A DNA stretch of 64,000 nucleotides from Neoconidiobolus thromboides FSU 785. Taxonomy: Eukaryota; Fungi; Entomophthoromycota. How positions within the stretch are numbered: the stretch's first letter is position 1; each line of letters begins with the position of its first letter. Positions 13,204 to 25,913 of the stretch are shown piece after piece. A program made the position numbers and the translations under genes. The stretch is from the NCBI GenBank assembly GCA_025603075.1, contig MU626258.1:349828-413827 (forward strand), given 5' to 3'. The notes beneath the pieces are model-generated. The model saw only the letters and a list, made by a program, of their open reading frames with translations. It was not told where the DNA came from and did no database searches.

Positions 13204-13724
13204 TGATATAGTCAATTCAGAGCTACTTATTTTGATTTGTTGTGAGAATTTCTACCCACTAATTGTGAAAGATGACATCCTCCCTTTTGATGTCTATACT
13301 TGGTAACTATGGTAAGGAACAACTACCATCGTGTTTCTTATATATAGCCACCCAGTTGGAGTATAAAAGAGACTCTTCAACGTAATAACTCGAGGCTTTT
13401 TAACTGAATTATTCCTTGATATCTCGAACATTTAATAAAGCCATTAAGTTTTCTTAATAATATTTTATGTAGAGTTTACATTAGTATTGTCTATTCTATT
13501 TGTCTTATATAGTCTGTAGCTTATTATGTATTATTCTTAGTTTATGTGAGTAAAATAGACTTGAATTGCGAAGGTTTTTGACTTACGGGCAGTTAATCAA
13601 GCAAAAACTGCTTTTAACTCCAACTACTAAGTACCAGATTCCACAAAGCAATTATAAAAAATAATATTATAATTTTAAATAAACTAATAATTAACAAATA
13701 TTAAATTGCAATTTAAAAAATTTC

Positions 13725-13830
13725 ATTGGGGATGTCTTTTTTTGGTTTCATCACTTTTTCCGTTTTTTAAATGCTATTTGAATGGAAAGATTGTTAGTAA
13801 AATTCTTAAACAAAAAAATATATCCTCAAA
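13725..13830 (+). mobile_element. MITE-like copy 5
   Basis: Reads TGGGGATGTCTTTTTTTGGTTTCATCAC...AAATATATCCTCA. Confidence 0.82.
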
Positions 13831-14250
13831 TAGTTTAAATAGATATACATACTTTGAATTAAAACTTAAAATTAAAGTCAATTAATACTAATATTAACAT
13901 TTAAGATTAGTTAAATCTAATCAGTAATTTAATAAAATTTAATATTTTCAAAAAATCATTATTTATTTGGTATTTTTCAGTTTCTTTAAATTACTTATTT
14001 TATTTTGTTTTTCATTATTATTGTTACTTTGATTTTTTTAAAACTACCTATTTTTGTTAATAGCAACATAATAAAACAACTAAGTTAATCCTTTTACTAA
14101 ATTTTATTAAGCTATTGTCTGTTAATAATTAAATTATAAATTATCAAAACTTTTTACAAAAACTAATAAAAATAAAATCTTAAAAAGCTTTGTTTAATAG
14201 TTCATAAAATCATGACTTAAATCAACTTGATGATTTTCAAACTATAATTA

Positions 14251-14355
14251 TATAGGAATGTATTTTCTTGTTGAGGGTTTTACTAATAATCTTTTCGCCC
14301 AAATAGAGCTTAAAAAATCGAAAAAAGTAATGAAATCAAAAAAATCATCCCCATA
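14251..14355 (-). mobile_element. MITE-like copy 6
   Basis: Reads TATAGGAATGTATTTT...AAATCATCCCCATA. Confidence 0.8.
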
Positions 14356-14564
14356 CAGTTTTATTAACTTGTAAAATAAACTAAAGACTATCACCAGAAA
14401 TTTACAAAGGTAAACACAATGTTTGTATTTTTATATATATAGGTAAATATGCTCTTATATAATTTAATTGTGGGTCAAGTAATTTTTTTAAATTAAATTT
14501 TGTTGTTTTATTGGGTAAGTATTAATTTAAGCTAATCAAATTCCAGAGTTGAAAAAATCAAGAA

Positions 14565-14658
14565 TTTGAGACTGTTTTTTTGGTTTCATTACTTTTTCTA
14601 TTTTAAGAGCTATTCAAGCAAAAAGATTGTTAGTAAAATCCTTAAAAAATACATATCG
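14565..14658 (+). mobile_element. MITE-like copy 7 (degenerate)
   Basis: Internal consensus GGTTTCATTACTTTTTC...GATTGTTAGTAAAATCCTTAAA is retained. Confidence 0.7.
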
Positions 14659-15241
14659 TTGTTATTTGCAACTGATTAGCAAAAATTGAATCTTTTTTAA
14701 AAAGTTTGTAATAGCTATCAATTAAGTGTGGTTAAATTAGTACTTAAAATAGTAAATATGGAAATTAAATGCTTTATATAACAACAGTTTAAAAATAGCA
14801 CCAATTTTTATCAACTACAGATAGTCTTCGTTTTATTTGGCTTTAGAACTTGACCCTGTTTATTGCTACTCAATTTAGTCACAACTGAAATTTTAATTTG
14901 CTATATTTTTCATTTTAATGTTTTACAAAAGATGATTTTATCGGCATTGTTATAATTTTTAAATGAAAACAATAACAAATCCAACATTTAACTTCTACCT
15001 AAATAGAATCAATCATAGTCTTATTTTACCAATGTAAACAATATTGGTTTTAATTTTCATTCAGAACTAACACTTACAAGGAATTATTATAGAAAGTATA
15101 TAATTTTCATTAGATATATTCAAATAAAGCATTTGGATATGTTATAGTAGACAATTTGATAGTCTTAATTTTTATAATACTATTGATAAACTGTTAATGA
15201 CTATGTATAATGCCTTGCATTTATGATATTATTTAAAAATA

Positions 15242-15335
15242 AATGGATATATTTTTTTAAATAACTTTGCTAACAGTTTTCCACTTAGATAGCGCTTAAA
15301 AAGATGAGAAATAAAATAAAAAAACACCCTCAAAT
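15242..15335 (-). mobile_element. MITE-like copy 8 (degenerate)
   Basis: Contains TTTTCCACTTAGATAGCGCTTAAAA...AAAACACCCTCA. Confidence 0.7.
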
Positions 15336-15590
15336 ATTAATATTGAAATAATTTTTGTTTAATTATTCAATATAGTATATGTGTTTCTTATAACTTTTAC
15401 CTTATGGTGTTATGAACCAAGGAAAATAGATAAAATAACTAATAAACCAAAGCAAATAAAAAAAGAAAGATTATTTTTATTATTATACTATAATGATAAC
15501 AATGTTAAAACAAGTGAATAGAAAAAAGGGATTTGTTACTGCTGTCTTTAAACTAATTAGCTATTTAGTTTTATAACATATCCAATGAAT

Positions 15591-16756
15591 TTAAATAAAA
15601 CACATCTCAGGTGGACTAGGAATTGGAGAATACAATGCCTTATTGCGATTATATAAATCTAATAAAGCATCCATATATTGTTGATGAACTTCAGCTACTA
15701 GTTCATTACTTGGATTATCGACTTGTTTGACTTTGATAGCTTTACCAACTAAAAGGAAAAAGTTAATAAAAATATAGTATGGAGTGATAATGAACTTACC
15801 AACAATTGTTAATGGTACTCTCTTTGGCATGATGCCGTAATTATAAGTAAAAATACCACGACCATGAAAGATAGGCATAGTAAAACCTAACGCTTGCTTC
15901 ATTTTAATTTGAAGTTTATGAATATAGGAATCTGGTTCTGGAATAACGGTATCTAGGATTTGATTTTCTCCAAAACCAAACACTGGTACTAAGTTTGAGC
16001 CTGTTTTTATGGCTAATGATACAAATCCAAAACGTTTTTTTAATACTAAATCTAAATTATTTTCATTGGCTGATAATGATTCTTGTGCTCCTCCAACGAC
16101 TATGACACAAGAGTTGCCTATTAATTAATAGGTTAAATAAACTAATATCATCAAATAAAAATAAACTTACCTTTTCCAGATTTCAAAACATTTAAAATGG
16201 CTTTTTTAGAAACAGAAATAATACCCAAAGCGAGTAACAGCTCCCTATAGATTGGCATAAAGAAATTACTAGCTAAGGTGCATAATCTGATGTTAAGTCC
16301 AGGTAATTTTTCACTTAATTTAGTGCCATTAGTAGCAAAATTAATAAATGCCCCAGTACTTATAATCCCATGTGGATGATAACCAAAAATATAAGTTTCT
16401 TTGGGGTCCAATTCTTCTTCAACAATTAATTTGGAGGGGAAAAACTCAGCTAACCAAGTCCATATTGTCCAGTTTTTAACCCAATGATTGATACGTCCTC
16501 CTTTTTCAGCGGCATTATCAAAATACATGAAAATAAAATAAGCAAATATTAAAGGCCATAACATGGGGAAAAAACATAAAATAAGAAAAAAGGATTGAGT
16601 CAATGGCATCATAGAGGAATAGATAAAAGTAGCAAAAGTTTGACGACGTCTAGTTAGAGGTACATCCAAAGGCGCAAACTCCATTTTGGGTAAGTTGGTA
16701 AAGGAGCTACTTTTACTTATTTTTGTGGATTCTACTTTTAAGTTGTCGGTAGTCAT
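15591..16756 (-). CDS. DGA1: Diacylglycerol O-acyltransferase 2 (DGAT2/DGA1-like), 3 exons (16756-16171, 16117-15800, 15748-15591)
   Basis: The translation has FAPLDVPLTRRRQT, EFFP, YHPHG, VVGGAQE, KKRFGFVSLAIKTGSNLVPVFGFGEN, PIFHGRG and IMPKRVPLTIVVGKAI. Confidence 0.95.
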
Positions 16757-17457
16757 TGTTACAATTTAAGGTTTTATTGAAATAAAAGTTAAAGTGTGTT
16801 CTTATTTATAACCCTTGCTTTTTGTAAAGGATAGACGGTACTAAGCTCCGATTTGAAGTTTGTAAGTTCGGATTATATGGCCTTTACCAATTAACTATCA
16901 TTATTTTCATGTCCGAGAATTTGTTTTTTGAAATGGCATTGTCATCACAAATGAAATTTATTGGTCTATTTTTTTAATCTTGGGGTTTTGAATGGTTCAA
17001 TTAAAGAATTGTTTTTATTTTTAATTTCTTTTATAGAATATGGGCTAATGAGCATAATTTTTTCTACATTATTGTTATTATCCTTACTGAATAGATGGGA
17101 AATTTATAAAAAAATAAGAAACTTTATCCTCAAGTCCTTTCAAGATAACGCAAGTTATTTTTAAAGATAAATATAGTTATATTTAAGTAACTAAATTCAT
17201 TATAAATATTTAACTATTAAAAACTGAATTAATTTAAAACCTAATTATATATATAAATATTAATCATCTTTTAAATACTAAAATTAAATCATAAAAAGAG
17301 CATTGGATGCATAAAAGATGCATTGAAAAAGCAAGCAATAAAAAAATCAGTATATTAATCTATAAATTTAATAAAATAAGTCATAATAAACAGAGCAGCA
17401 ATATATACTATCTATCCACTAATTAATTCCACTCTATACTCCCTCCTCTCCTATCAT

Positions 17458-20400
17458 TTATCTACGTTTCTTAGCTTGTTTTTTAGCTATTCTTTTAGTA
17501 GCCTTTAGTTCCTTCTTCATACGAGGATCAACCATCTTATATCTTCCTTTAACCCCCTTAGGTCTACCACGATTACCACGATTAGCACCTCTAGCAACAA
17601 CTAATTGAACCTTCTCTTGTTTTTTAGCTCCTTTTCTAGCCATGACTTTTTCAATGGATCTTGCTTTTTCTTGTTCGGTCATATCAGTAGATTCAGCAAT
17701 TACAGATGCTTTCTTTTGTAATTTAACTAATTTTTGAGCAGCCTATGAAATAAGGAGGGAGATTAGTTATAAAATTATAATGAATAGGTAAAGATGAAAT
17801 TACCTTATACTTCTTTCTTGCTTTAGCTTCAGCTACTTTTTTAATTGGTCGGGCATTTAAGGCTTTGATTTTTTCTTTAATAGCATTGGCTGCTTCTTTA
17901 GTTATTGGGATATTTGGTTTATAATATTTCTTTTCATCTTCTTTAAACCTAGAATACTTTGTTTAATATATTACTTTTTTAGAGTTTAATTGATATCCTT
18001 TACCAAGCAGGAAGATCGTCTACATCGTTAAAAGTATATCTGCTAAAACTAGAAGATATTAATTCCTCTTTTGTGACCTCTCTATTAACTAATTTCATAG
18101 CTAAAGTCATTGCTTGGGCGGTCATTAAATCAAGTTCTATAATTAGTTTATTGTTAATTTATATTATCATTGAGTTTGAATTTACAAATAAATTACCTTT
18201 GGATTTTGCTTCTTTTATTTTGGCTTCTGGATCTTCTTCAGACATTGTTTCATCATCCGAGCTTTCATTATCTTCTCCAACATCTTCATCACTTATTAAA
18301 TTGTCCTCTTCTTCTTCAATTAATTTTCTCTTTTTTAAATTCTATAAAATAACATATTAATACAAATATAACATTATGGAATAAATAAGCATACATTTGA
18401 ATCCTTTTCATTTAAATTAATATCATCAATTTCTTTGAAAATAGGTTGATCAAAGAATAAAGTAGCATTACCAGATAACCCTTTCTTTTTACTTTTACTT
18501 TTATTTATTCCTTCATCATCACTGTTACTATTATCATCACTTTCACTATCTGTATCATCATCAAAATTTTCACCTTTAAAATGAGTTGGATTTTCATTAT
18601 CAGAATCATCAGAATCAGATTCGTCTTCTGATTGTTTTTCAGTAAATCCATACCATTCTTCATGTTCTTTCTTTTCTTTTAAAGCTTCTTTCTGTGTTTT
18701 CTTTTTATCTTTATATTGTTGATACCTAATCAATTAATTACATATATATTTACATATTATATATTTTTTCAAACTTACATTTCATCAAGATTAGCCTCTA
18801 ATTGTTCAATATCTGAATCTTCATCTGAATCTTTTTCGACTACTTCTTCATCCGATTCTTCTCCTTCTTCATTACCATAAACAACAATATCATCATCTGA
18901 ATCTTCAACCATTATTTCTCTATCCATATTACCATTCAATATTTTAGAATTTTTCTAAATAAAATAAAGATTAATAAATTAGCTATACTTAATAACAAAA
19001 TGATGATTACATTTTCATTAGCCGAAACAAAAGGAGATATACCAAATTGTTCATTACCAATTTCAACTGGAGTTGTCATTTTTAATTGTAACTTCATTAA
19101 TTCTTTTTGTCTTTTTTCTAAAACTTTACGTTTAGCCTTCTTTAATTTACTCTTTTCTTCTTCTGCTAAACGAGCCAACTAATAAAATAAAATGTCAGTT
19201 AAGTTTTATTTTGTTCGTTTTCTGTTAAATTACCTCATCTTCTAAACTTTCTTCAACAACTTCAACAGTTGTTTCTTTTTTCTCTGGCTTAGGCTATTCA
19301 ACTTTATTAATATTTATATTGTAACAATTAAATTAAAATTTACTCTAATAATATCTAGAACACTAGTTCTCCATTTTAATAAATCTCTAAATTCACCTTT
19401 ACCGAGTACTTTTAAATCTTCAACAGAGGATTGAATATCAGAGGTAGTAGCTTTTAATTTCAATAAACTATTTCAATAAAAAAGCAATAAGAAACTATTA
19501 CATATTACAAGTAATATTAAAACTTCTTACTCTTTAGATTCATCAGATTTAAACTCCAGTCTATTGATAGTGGCCAAAAATTGAATAGGATCATCAGAAT
19601 TAATAAAACCCATAATATCTTCTGATTTAAAAAGGGTTGTAGCACCATCAGCATAACCATCACGTTGTCTTTTGTGTTTAGCTGGATTTAAAATATTCAA
19701 AGAACCTGATACTTTCCCTTCTTTAGTATCGGCATCTAATTCCCCAAATACATATTTAATATCTAAAAATTTAGGATCGATTTTTTTGGGTGCTAAATAG
19801 TCTTGACAAACAACGAAAATTTCTGCAGACACGTTTCTAGTTGCAATTTTAAGTAATTTAAAACAGCAATTCAAGAGTATAATTTTCACTTACCTTGAAG
19901 ATGGTGGTTTGGTAGCTTCTACTTTTCTAAACAGTTGATTAAATACCCACATTAGTTTATTGTAATCTTTAGATCTGAAAACTTTAGTAACAAACACACC
20001 TATAAAGATAAAACTAAATATCAATTAAACACCAAATTCATATCCTAAACTTACCTCCTTTTCTCAAAAATTCAACCGCTAATTTCAATGACTCTAATAC
20101 TAACTCAGATTGAGAGAAAGCATCTTGTACCCAAGCAGAACCCACGTTAGGAGCACCATCATGAAGTACACTAATTAAATTTTGATTAAAAAACAATCTT
20201 AAAAATAAAAAAAATAAACCACTTACACATCTGCTTTCCAAGTTTTTAAATGACCTCTTAATTGATTACGACATTGAGAAGTTGTAATATCTTCTTGAAA
20301 AGTAATACATTGAGGAATAGGTTTAATAGGAGCCAAATCAACACCTAAATTAAAGATAAATTAATTCTATCTCTTTTAATTTTATATAATTTCAATATAA

Positions 20401-20688
20401 GCTTACCAACAATTAAACTTTCAACTGGCATGTATTTAGTGGCTACTTGAAGCCTATATAATTGTTATTCATTAAAACCATGTTCGGTAAATCAAACCTC
20501 GTATAAGAAACTTACCAACCACCAGGAGCAGCACACAGATCAATAAGACAACGAGCAGAAGATAAAAAATCATATTTTTTATTTAATTGAATTAATTTGA
20601 AAGCAGAACGTGCACGATAACCTTGTTCTTTGGCATAATGATAGTATTTATCTAAACGTCCTTTACCAGTCTTCTTTTTAAAACCCAT
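17458..20688 (-). CDS. SPB1: 27S pre-rRNA 2'-O-methyltransferase Spb1 (FtsJ family), multi-exon
   Basis: It starts [36 protein letters not shown] and contains [27 protein letters not shown] and [12 protein letters not shown]. It ends [17 protein letters not shown]...KKRR*. Confidence 0.96.
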
Positions 20689-21179
20689 ATTCTATTTAAA
20701 AAAATTTCAAAAAGTTTAGTTTTAAAATTTCAAAATTCAGTTTTGGGGCAAAATTTTGAACCTCGAAAAAAACTTCAAGTTTTTAGGCTACCAACTTTTT
20801 TATATTTAAGCTTAGCTTTTTTAAGAGTTAAAGGAATTGAGAAAATTAAAAAAAAATTAAAATAATAAAATAATATAAAAGCTATATAATATAACAGAAA
20901 ATAAAATTCTAATATAACGATTAAGTAAATTTTTTGTTTCACTTTAAAGCCCTTATGATTTAATCCCACAACGCTTAAAGTGAATAAATCTTCTCGAATT
21001 TCAATAAAACTAAATCAACTTTAATTTGTTCAATTTTTATCTACATTTTGTACTACAGTTCAGCCAGACATTCCAATGCTAAACTGATATTCCCGTACAA
21101 TAGAGTAAACAGATTGCATTTAGAACTTGTTAAATTATGAGATTAGTTTTTAATTTCTATAGAATTTAACGAGTGTCAG

Positions 21180-21520
21180 ATGCAATCAATAAAACCCATA
21201 ATTTTAAATTGCTATTAAGAAAAGCTGTTGATTAGAAAATATAACATTTTTGCTTTTCTGTTATTATTTGTTTGTATATTAATCTATGGATAGAAAAGTT
21301 CAATGTAGTTGAAATAAAACTTATGGAATTAAAGTATCAATTGCAATCAATAAACCCATAATGTTAAAATTAGTTTTAATACACTTGATTAAAAAATATT
21401 TTTATTAGAACAAAGTTATTCTCTTTTCTTGATATAATTTTATTGGTATATGTTTTGTACTAATGTTGAGATAGAAAAGTAGAATGAAGTAGAAATGTTA
21501 GAGCTGATGGAATTATTTAA
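21180..21520. repeat. Degenerate direct tandem duplication, ~160-175 bp unit, 2 copies
   Basis: TGCAATCAATAAA(A)CCCATAAT occurs at ~21181 and ~21342, and GATAGAAAAGT...ATGGAATTA occurs at ~21289 and ~21471. Confidence 0.7.
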
Positions 21521-21760
21521 GTGGTTTTTTCGGTGTAAAATGTTCTCAATAATTTATAAAAAAATTAAATATTAAAATTCATGTTTATATTAACCTAATA
21601 ATTTGTCTTTTCCTATATACTTTCCTATAGAAAATTTTATAGGAGCAAATTGAATTAAAGCCTATAAGATCATGTTTTTTATCTCCATTTAACTAAATAA
21701 TCTTTTCGAAATTATTTTGTTAAAAATAGATAAAAAAATGGACAAAGTAAAATAGTATTA

Positions 21761-21862
21761 TATGGGGATGTCTTTTTGGTTTCATTATTTTTTCCATTTT
21801 TTAAGTAGTATTCGAAAGGAAAAATTATTAGTAAAATCCTTAACAAAAAATACAGCCCTATA
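21761..21862 (+). mobile_element. MITE-like copy 9
   Basis: Reads TATGGGGATGTCTTTTTGGTTTCATT...AAATACAGCCCTATA. Confidence 0.82.
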
Positions 21863-22645
21863 TTAATTTTCTTGATATTTACGCTAGTCTATCCCGAATT
21901 TGATCATTAAATTAGATAATTCATATTATCTACAGGCTGACCAAAATTTTACCCTATATACATAGCAATTTAGTTACACTAATATTTGCGGACTTGACGA
22001 GGAATCTGCAACTTCAGTAAAAACTAGGAACTGGGAACAGTTATCAGGTCGTTTGAAATATTCCAGTATAAATTCATATGCAAGAAAACTATTAGTTTTT
22101 GGTTGCAACAGAGTACATTTTTTTAAACGTAAAAATGAAAAAATTTTAGTGAAAATTTTTTAATAGTATTACAACCAATGATTTACCATTTTAATATTCA
22201 TGAATTAGCACTGAAACATTTCGAACAACTTAATACAAATTAGTAAGAGGATGGATTGAAGTGGGATAATTTCTTGCTATCTTTTAACTTTAACTGATTT
22301 AGTAATTAATTTGTGTAAACTTTGAGCTCAAAAATAATAATGTTGGAAAAAACAATACTATTATATAAATAATAAAATCAAAGTTTTATAATTAATTACT
22401 TCTATCTATTACATTGATATTACTAAGGTAATCTACATGTTTTATTACAAAAAGAGGAATTAGACAAGGATGATTGAAAATTATTTTAAGGTAATAGTCA
22501 TGAACTTACAACAATTTGTATAAATTTGTAAATTTCTCTAGTTTTAAATTAGTTAAGTCACATTTTAAATTTGTAAAAAACATGACAAAAGTCGAAAAAA
22601 GCAACATAAAATAATAAAAATCCATTTAACTATATATAAATTTAT

Positions 22646-23254
22646 TTAATTGATTCTTTTTAATAAAACTTTGCCTTCAAATTCGAAAGAGTTAGCATCA
22701 ATGACATTTAAAGTACTTTTAACTTCAGTACCATTATACTTAACGTCAATAACGACTTTAGAATCAGCAAAAGAAATAATTTCAAAGAATCCACGAGTAT
22801 AAAAAGATTGATTATTTTGACAATAAGTTTTAACAATTCGACCACTATTAAAGATTTCTAATTTAGAAGCAATGGCACAATTGGCTTCATTTCCTGGGGC
22901 AGCTTCAAAAGTACCAAAGATTGAAGCCACTTTGGCAAATTCACTGTCGTCAGTTTTCTTCTCAAGGTTGACACCATCATAATTGATACTGTTAACGCTT
23001 GATTTTACAGAAACAGTTTTGGAACCACCAGTAGAATAAAATTCATCAATTTTATCATTATTTTGGAAATAGACACCAAAGGTAATTTTTTTAGCGTTAT
23101 CTTGAACACAATGTCTTTTAACTAAAGTATTATCTGATTTTAAGACTAAATCAAGAGCGGAAGCACAACCAGCTTGGTTAGAAGGTAACTGGTAAACACC
23201 ATGGAGTTGAGCTAATGCTAGGCAAGGTAAGAAAGATAAAGCAAAGAATTTCAT
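22646..23254 (-). CDS. Secreted hypothetical protein, 202 aa, two-fold internal repeat with C-x18-C
   Basis: Intronless ORF with the signal peptide-like start MKFFALSFLPCLALA and a coding-like composition. No family was recognised. Confidence 0.8.
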   Translation of the reverse strand: MKFFALSFLPCLALAQLHGVYQLPSNQAGCASALDLVLKSDNTLVKRHCVQDNAKKITFGVYFQNNDKIDEFYSTGGSKTVSVKSSVNSINYDGVNLEKKTDDSEFAKVASIFGTFEAAPGNEANCAIASKLEIFNSGRIVKTYCQNNQSFYTRGFFEIISFADSKVVIDVKYNGTEVKSTLNVIDANSFEFEGKVLLKRIN

Positions 23255-25199
23255 AGTATATATGTGAAGATCTCAGGAGATTGGTAAGGTACTTCAATGT
23301 CAAATCGACCCTTTATATACTGTTTTTTTCAAAATAAACTTATTATTCTCAGCTTATCGACTATGGGAAATAAACATTATACCATTTATAATCAAGTTTT
23401 ATTTTTAAACTTTTAGAATTTTTTTATCTATTTGAGTAATACATGTTAACTTACCGTATTATATTATAATAAAAAAAACACATCATAGTATGGCAAAGAT
23501 TTTATCATTTCACATATAAATATTAAGAATATCTTATCTTACTTATAGATTCCATAAAATAAAGCTAACTTATAACAATTTCAAGATTTGTAAATGATTT
23601 CGTAAACTTGAGATTGGTTAAAGCTATTTCCCATCTGCAAAGTGATGGAATTCTAATAATAAACAAGATTTTATTTATTTAGGAGATTGAAAATTGAAAT
23701 TCAAAAAACTAAGGATGGCGGAAAATAATAAAGATATAAAATAAATAATCAATCTTTTGGGGTAGATTTTATCTTATTTTTCCTCTAGACCTGGCATTAG
23801 AAATATAAGCAGTGACTTATTATAGAAATTATCTATAGCCTTATCGCATATATATATAAATCTTGCTAGTAGCTAATATTACTATAGTTAGTAAATAAAT
23901 AAATTTTCCACATGGTAAGAGAAAATTTTAAAAGTATGGATATAATATTTTGTAAATGAAGCTTGAAAGTTATTTATTAAATTCGGATTTTGATTAATAT
24001 AGAAAAATTGAATTAATAAAGTAATATAGCATCCAACTATTATCAATGATTCTCAGTAAAGAAATTGTGAGTATAAACTTTAAGCGCCTTAAATCTTAAT
24101 ATCATGTCTTATTTGATTTATTTTTATCTTTAGTACACCGATTGCTAAAAATAATAATATTATCTATTTTTATATATTTAAAAAAAAATACTATTATACA
24201 CCAAGCAAACAAATCTCGGCTATACTTCTACTATCGATAATTTTCTACTTTATTCTATACTTTTATATTTAAAAAAGATATCGTTTAAATCACTTCAAAT
24301 CAGATCCCCTTATTAACTCCACAGTTATACCTAATGCATTTATAAAAACAATATTAGGATTAATTTTATTTCCTATTACCAAAGCCTATTTGATTATTCC
24401 CTATATCGATTTTGTTAATCTTATTTTGTGTCCTCGATTAAGTATAACTTATAATAAATAAATATTTATAGTTCTAATGATTCCGGGACAATCTTTTTTC
24501 CTCGGATATTTTTCTAGCTTATCTAAAGGACAACTAGAAAATTGACGCTGTAATCCCTTATTTATTACCCCCTCTCCTTCGCCTTTCACATTGCGTCTGA
24601 ATTACTATGGGCTTTACATTACTTTTTGAATATATAAAATACTGTTCAATTCGGTAAGGGTAAAAAGTACGTTATAATTCTTTAATTTACAAAGAATAAG
24701 TTAGAACATTCTCATTATGCTATTTATAGTATATTCAGTCAAAACTGATAATGATTTTTAAAAATAAGGTTTATAATCACATTTGTCCTCTCTTTTTCTT
24801 TACTAAACTATATATTACCTCTTTTTTCTTTATACTTGTGCTGGTATTTCATATATTAAGTCCTATTTACAATAAAGAATACAATCCCTTATCAGAGCTA
24901 CTCTTCGTTTGCTTCTTCCGATATGTAATTAATTAAATTGAAAAAATAGCTAAATAAAAATATCTAATCTACACAGTCAATTTTTATCTATTATTTCTCA
25001 GCAATAGTTAACTCAGTATACACACTTACAATACTAGTCATAGTTTGTTTTGTTTACATTTTTAATGAATATGTCAAAATAGTTGTAATTAATATTTATA
25101 AAAAAGTTGTTCTCCTTCAAAAATGAAATTCTCTTTATATTACAAAGCTAGTTGTATTTTGTAAAGTAGACAAGTTGGACTCCCCAGGAAATATACTAT

Positions 25200-25500
25200 T
25201 AGAAGATAAAGGTGCTGTCCCCAGATTGAGCTCCATCATTCAGTGGGCCTGATTTAATGGCTACATTAAACTTGCCCGAGTGCATATTTCCAAGCCTTTG
25301 GTTGAGGACTCATATCCCTATGGTTACGGTAATATGTATGACAAAGTTTCTCATCAGTTGTTTGATTGCCCTTACAGTCAATATTTCTGGATTTCTCATA
25401 CTTTGGCTTTTATCAAAGATTTAATCTCTGACCTCAGCCCTTGGACTAACAACTTTACTTATTTAGAGGATGTTCACTCATAGCTTAGTAGATATATTCA
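25200..25500 (+). pseudogene. Decayed non-LTR retrotransposon (LINE) ORF2 C-terminal zf-RVT-like fragment
   Basis: The in-frame read ...IIQWA*FNGYIKLARVHISKPLVEDSYPYGYG..DKVSHQLFDCPYSQYFW resembles C-x2-C...E-T-x2-H-x3-C-P-x5-W with Cys->Tyr decay. Local GC is elevated. Confidence 0.5.
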
Positions 25501-25913
25501 ATTTCTCTTTATTGATTCTCTGGTGTGGGTTCTTTACTATACATTTTATCACTTCAAGTTTAAAGTGATTTCCACTCCTCTACTTATTCACTCTCTTTTT
25601 TAGAATGTTTGTCTGTCATTAGAAAAGAGGTCAAACGTTCCCTGATCATTGCTAACAGAGCCTTTAAAGGTTTAAAGCGGTTGGTTTTCCTAAAGTTTCC
25701 ATACACATCCTAAAACTTTGCTCCTCTATTGAATTGAATTAATTTCTTTTTTTTGAAATAAAATCATTGTTATTCCTTTTTATTTTAATATAAATATAAT
25801 ACACAAATTTTATTATTATGATTAGTTAACAATTACCAGAAAATTGTGTTTTACATAGACATAATTCTAAATTCATGATAAAATAATTAAAAAATTAATA
25901 ATGATACATATAA

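Larger units (their letters stand above)
12539..13644. repeat. ~1.1-kb foldback/inverted repeat with two nested MITE copies
   Basis: 12702-12793 is the exact reverse complement of 13392-13483 (92 bp). Degenerate inverted homology extends outward to ~12539/13644 and inward (e.g. TAGAAATTCTCATAGCAAATCAAA at ~12979 versus TTTGATTTGTTGTGAGAATTTCTA at ~13230). Confidence 0.9.

Noticed and set aside
12111-15335. Clustered palindromic repeats read as a CRISPR-like or REP-like array
   Set aside because: Spacing is irregular, orientations are mixed, units are ~104 bp and the context is eukaryotic. A dispersed MITE explains the pattern better.
20695-20762. RRPE-like TGAAA(A/T)TTTT motifs upstream of SPB1, and TGACGT near the PDI start (~41537)
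   Set aside because: They are biologically plausible but too short and AT-rich to support without enrichment statistics.
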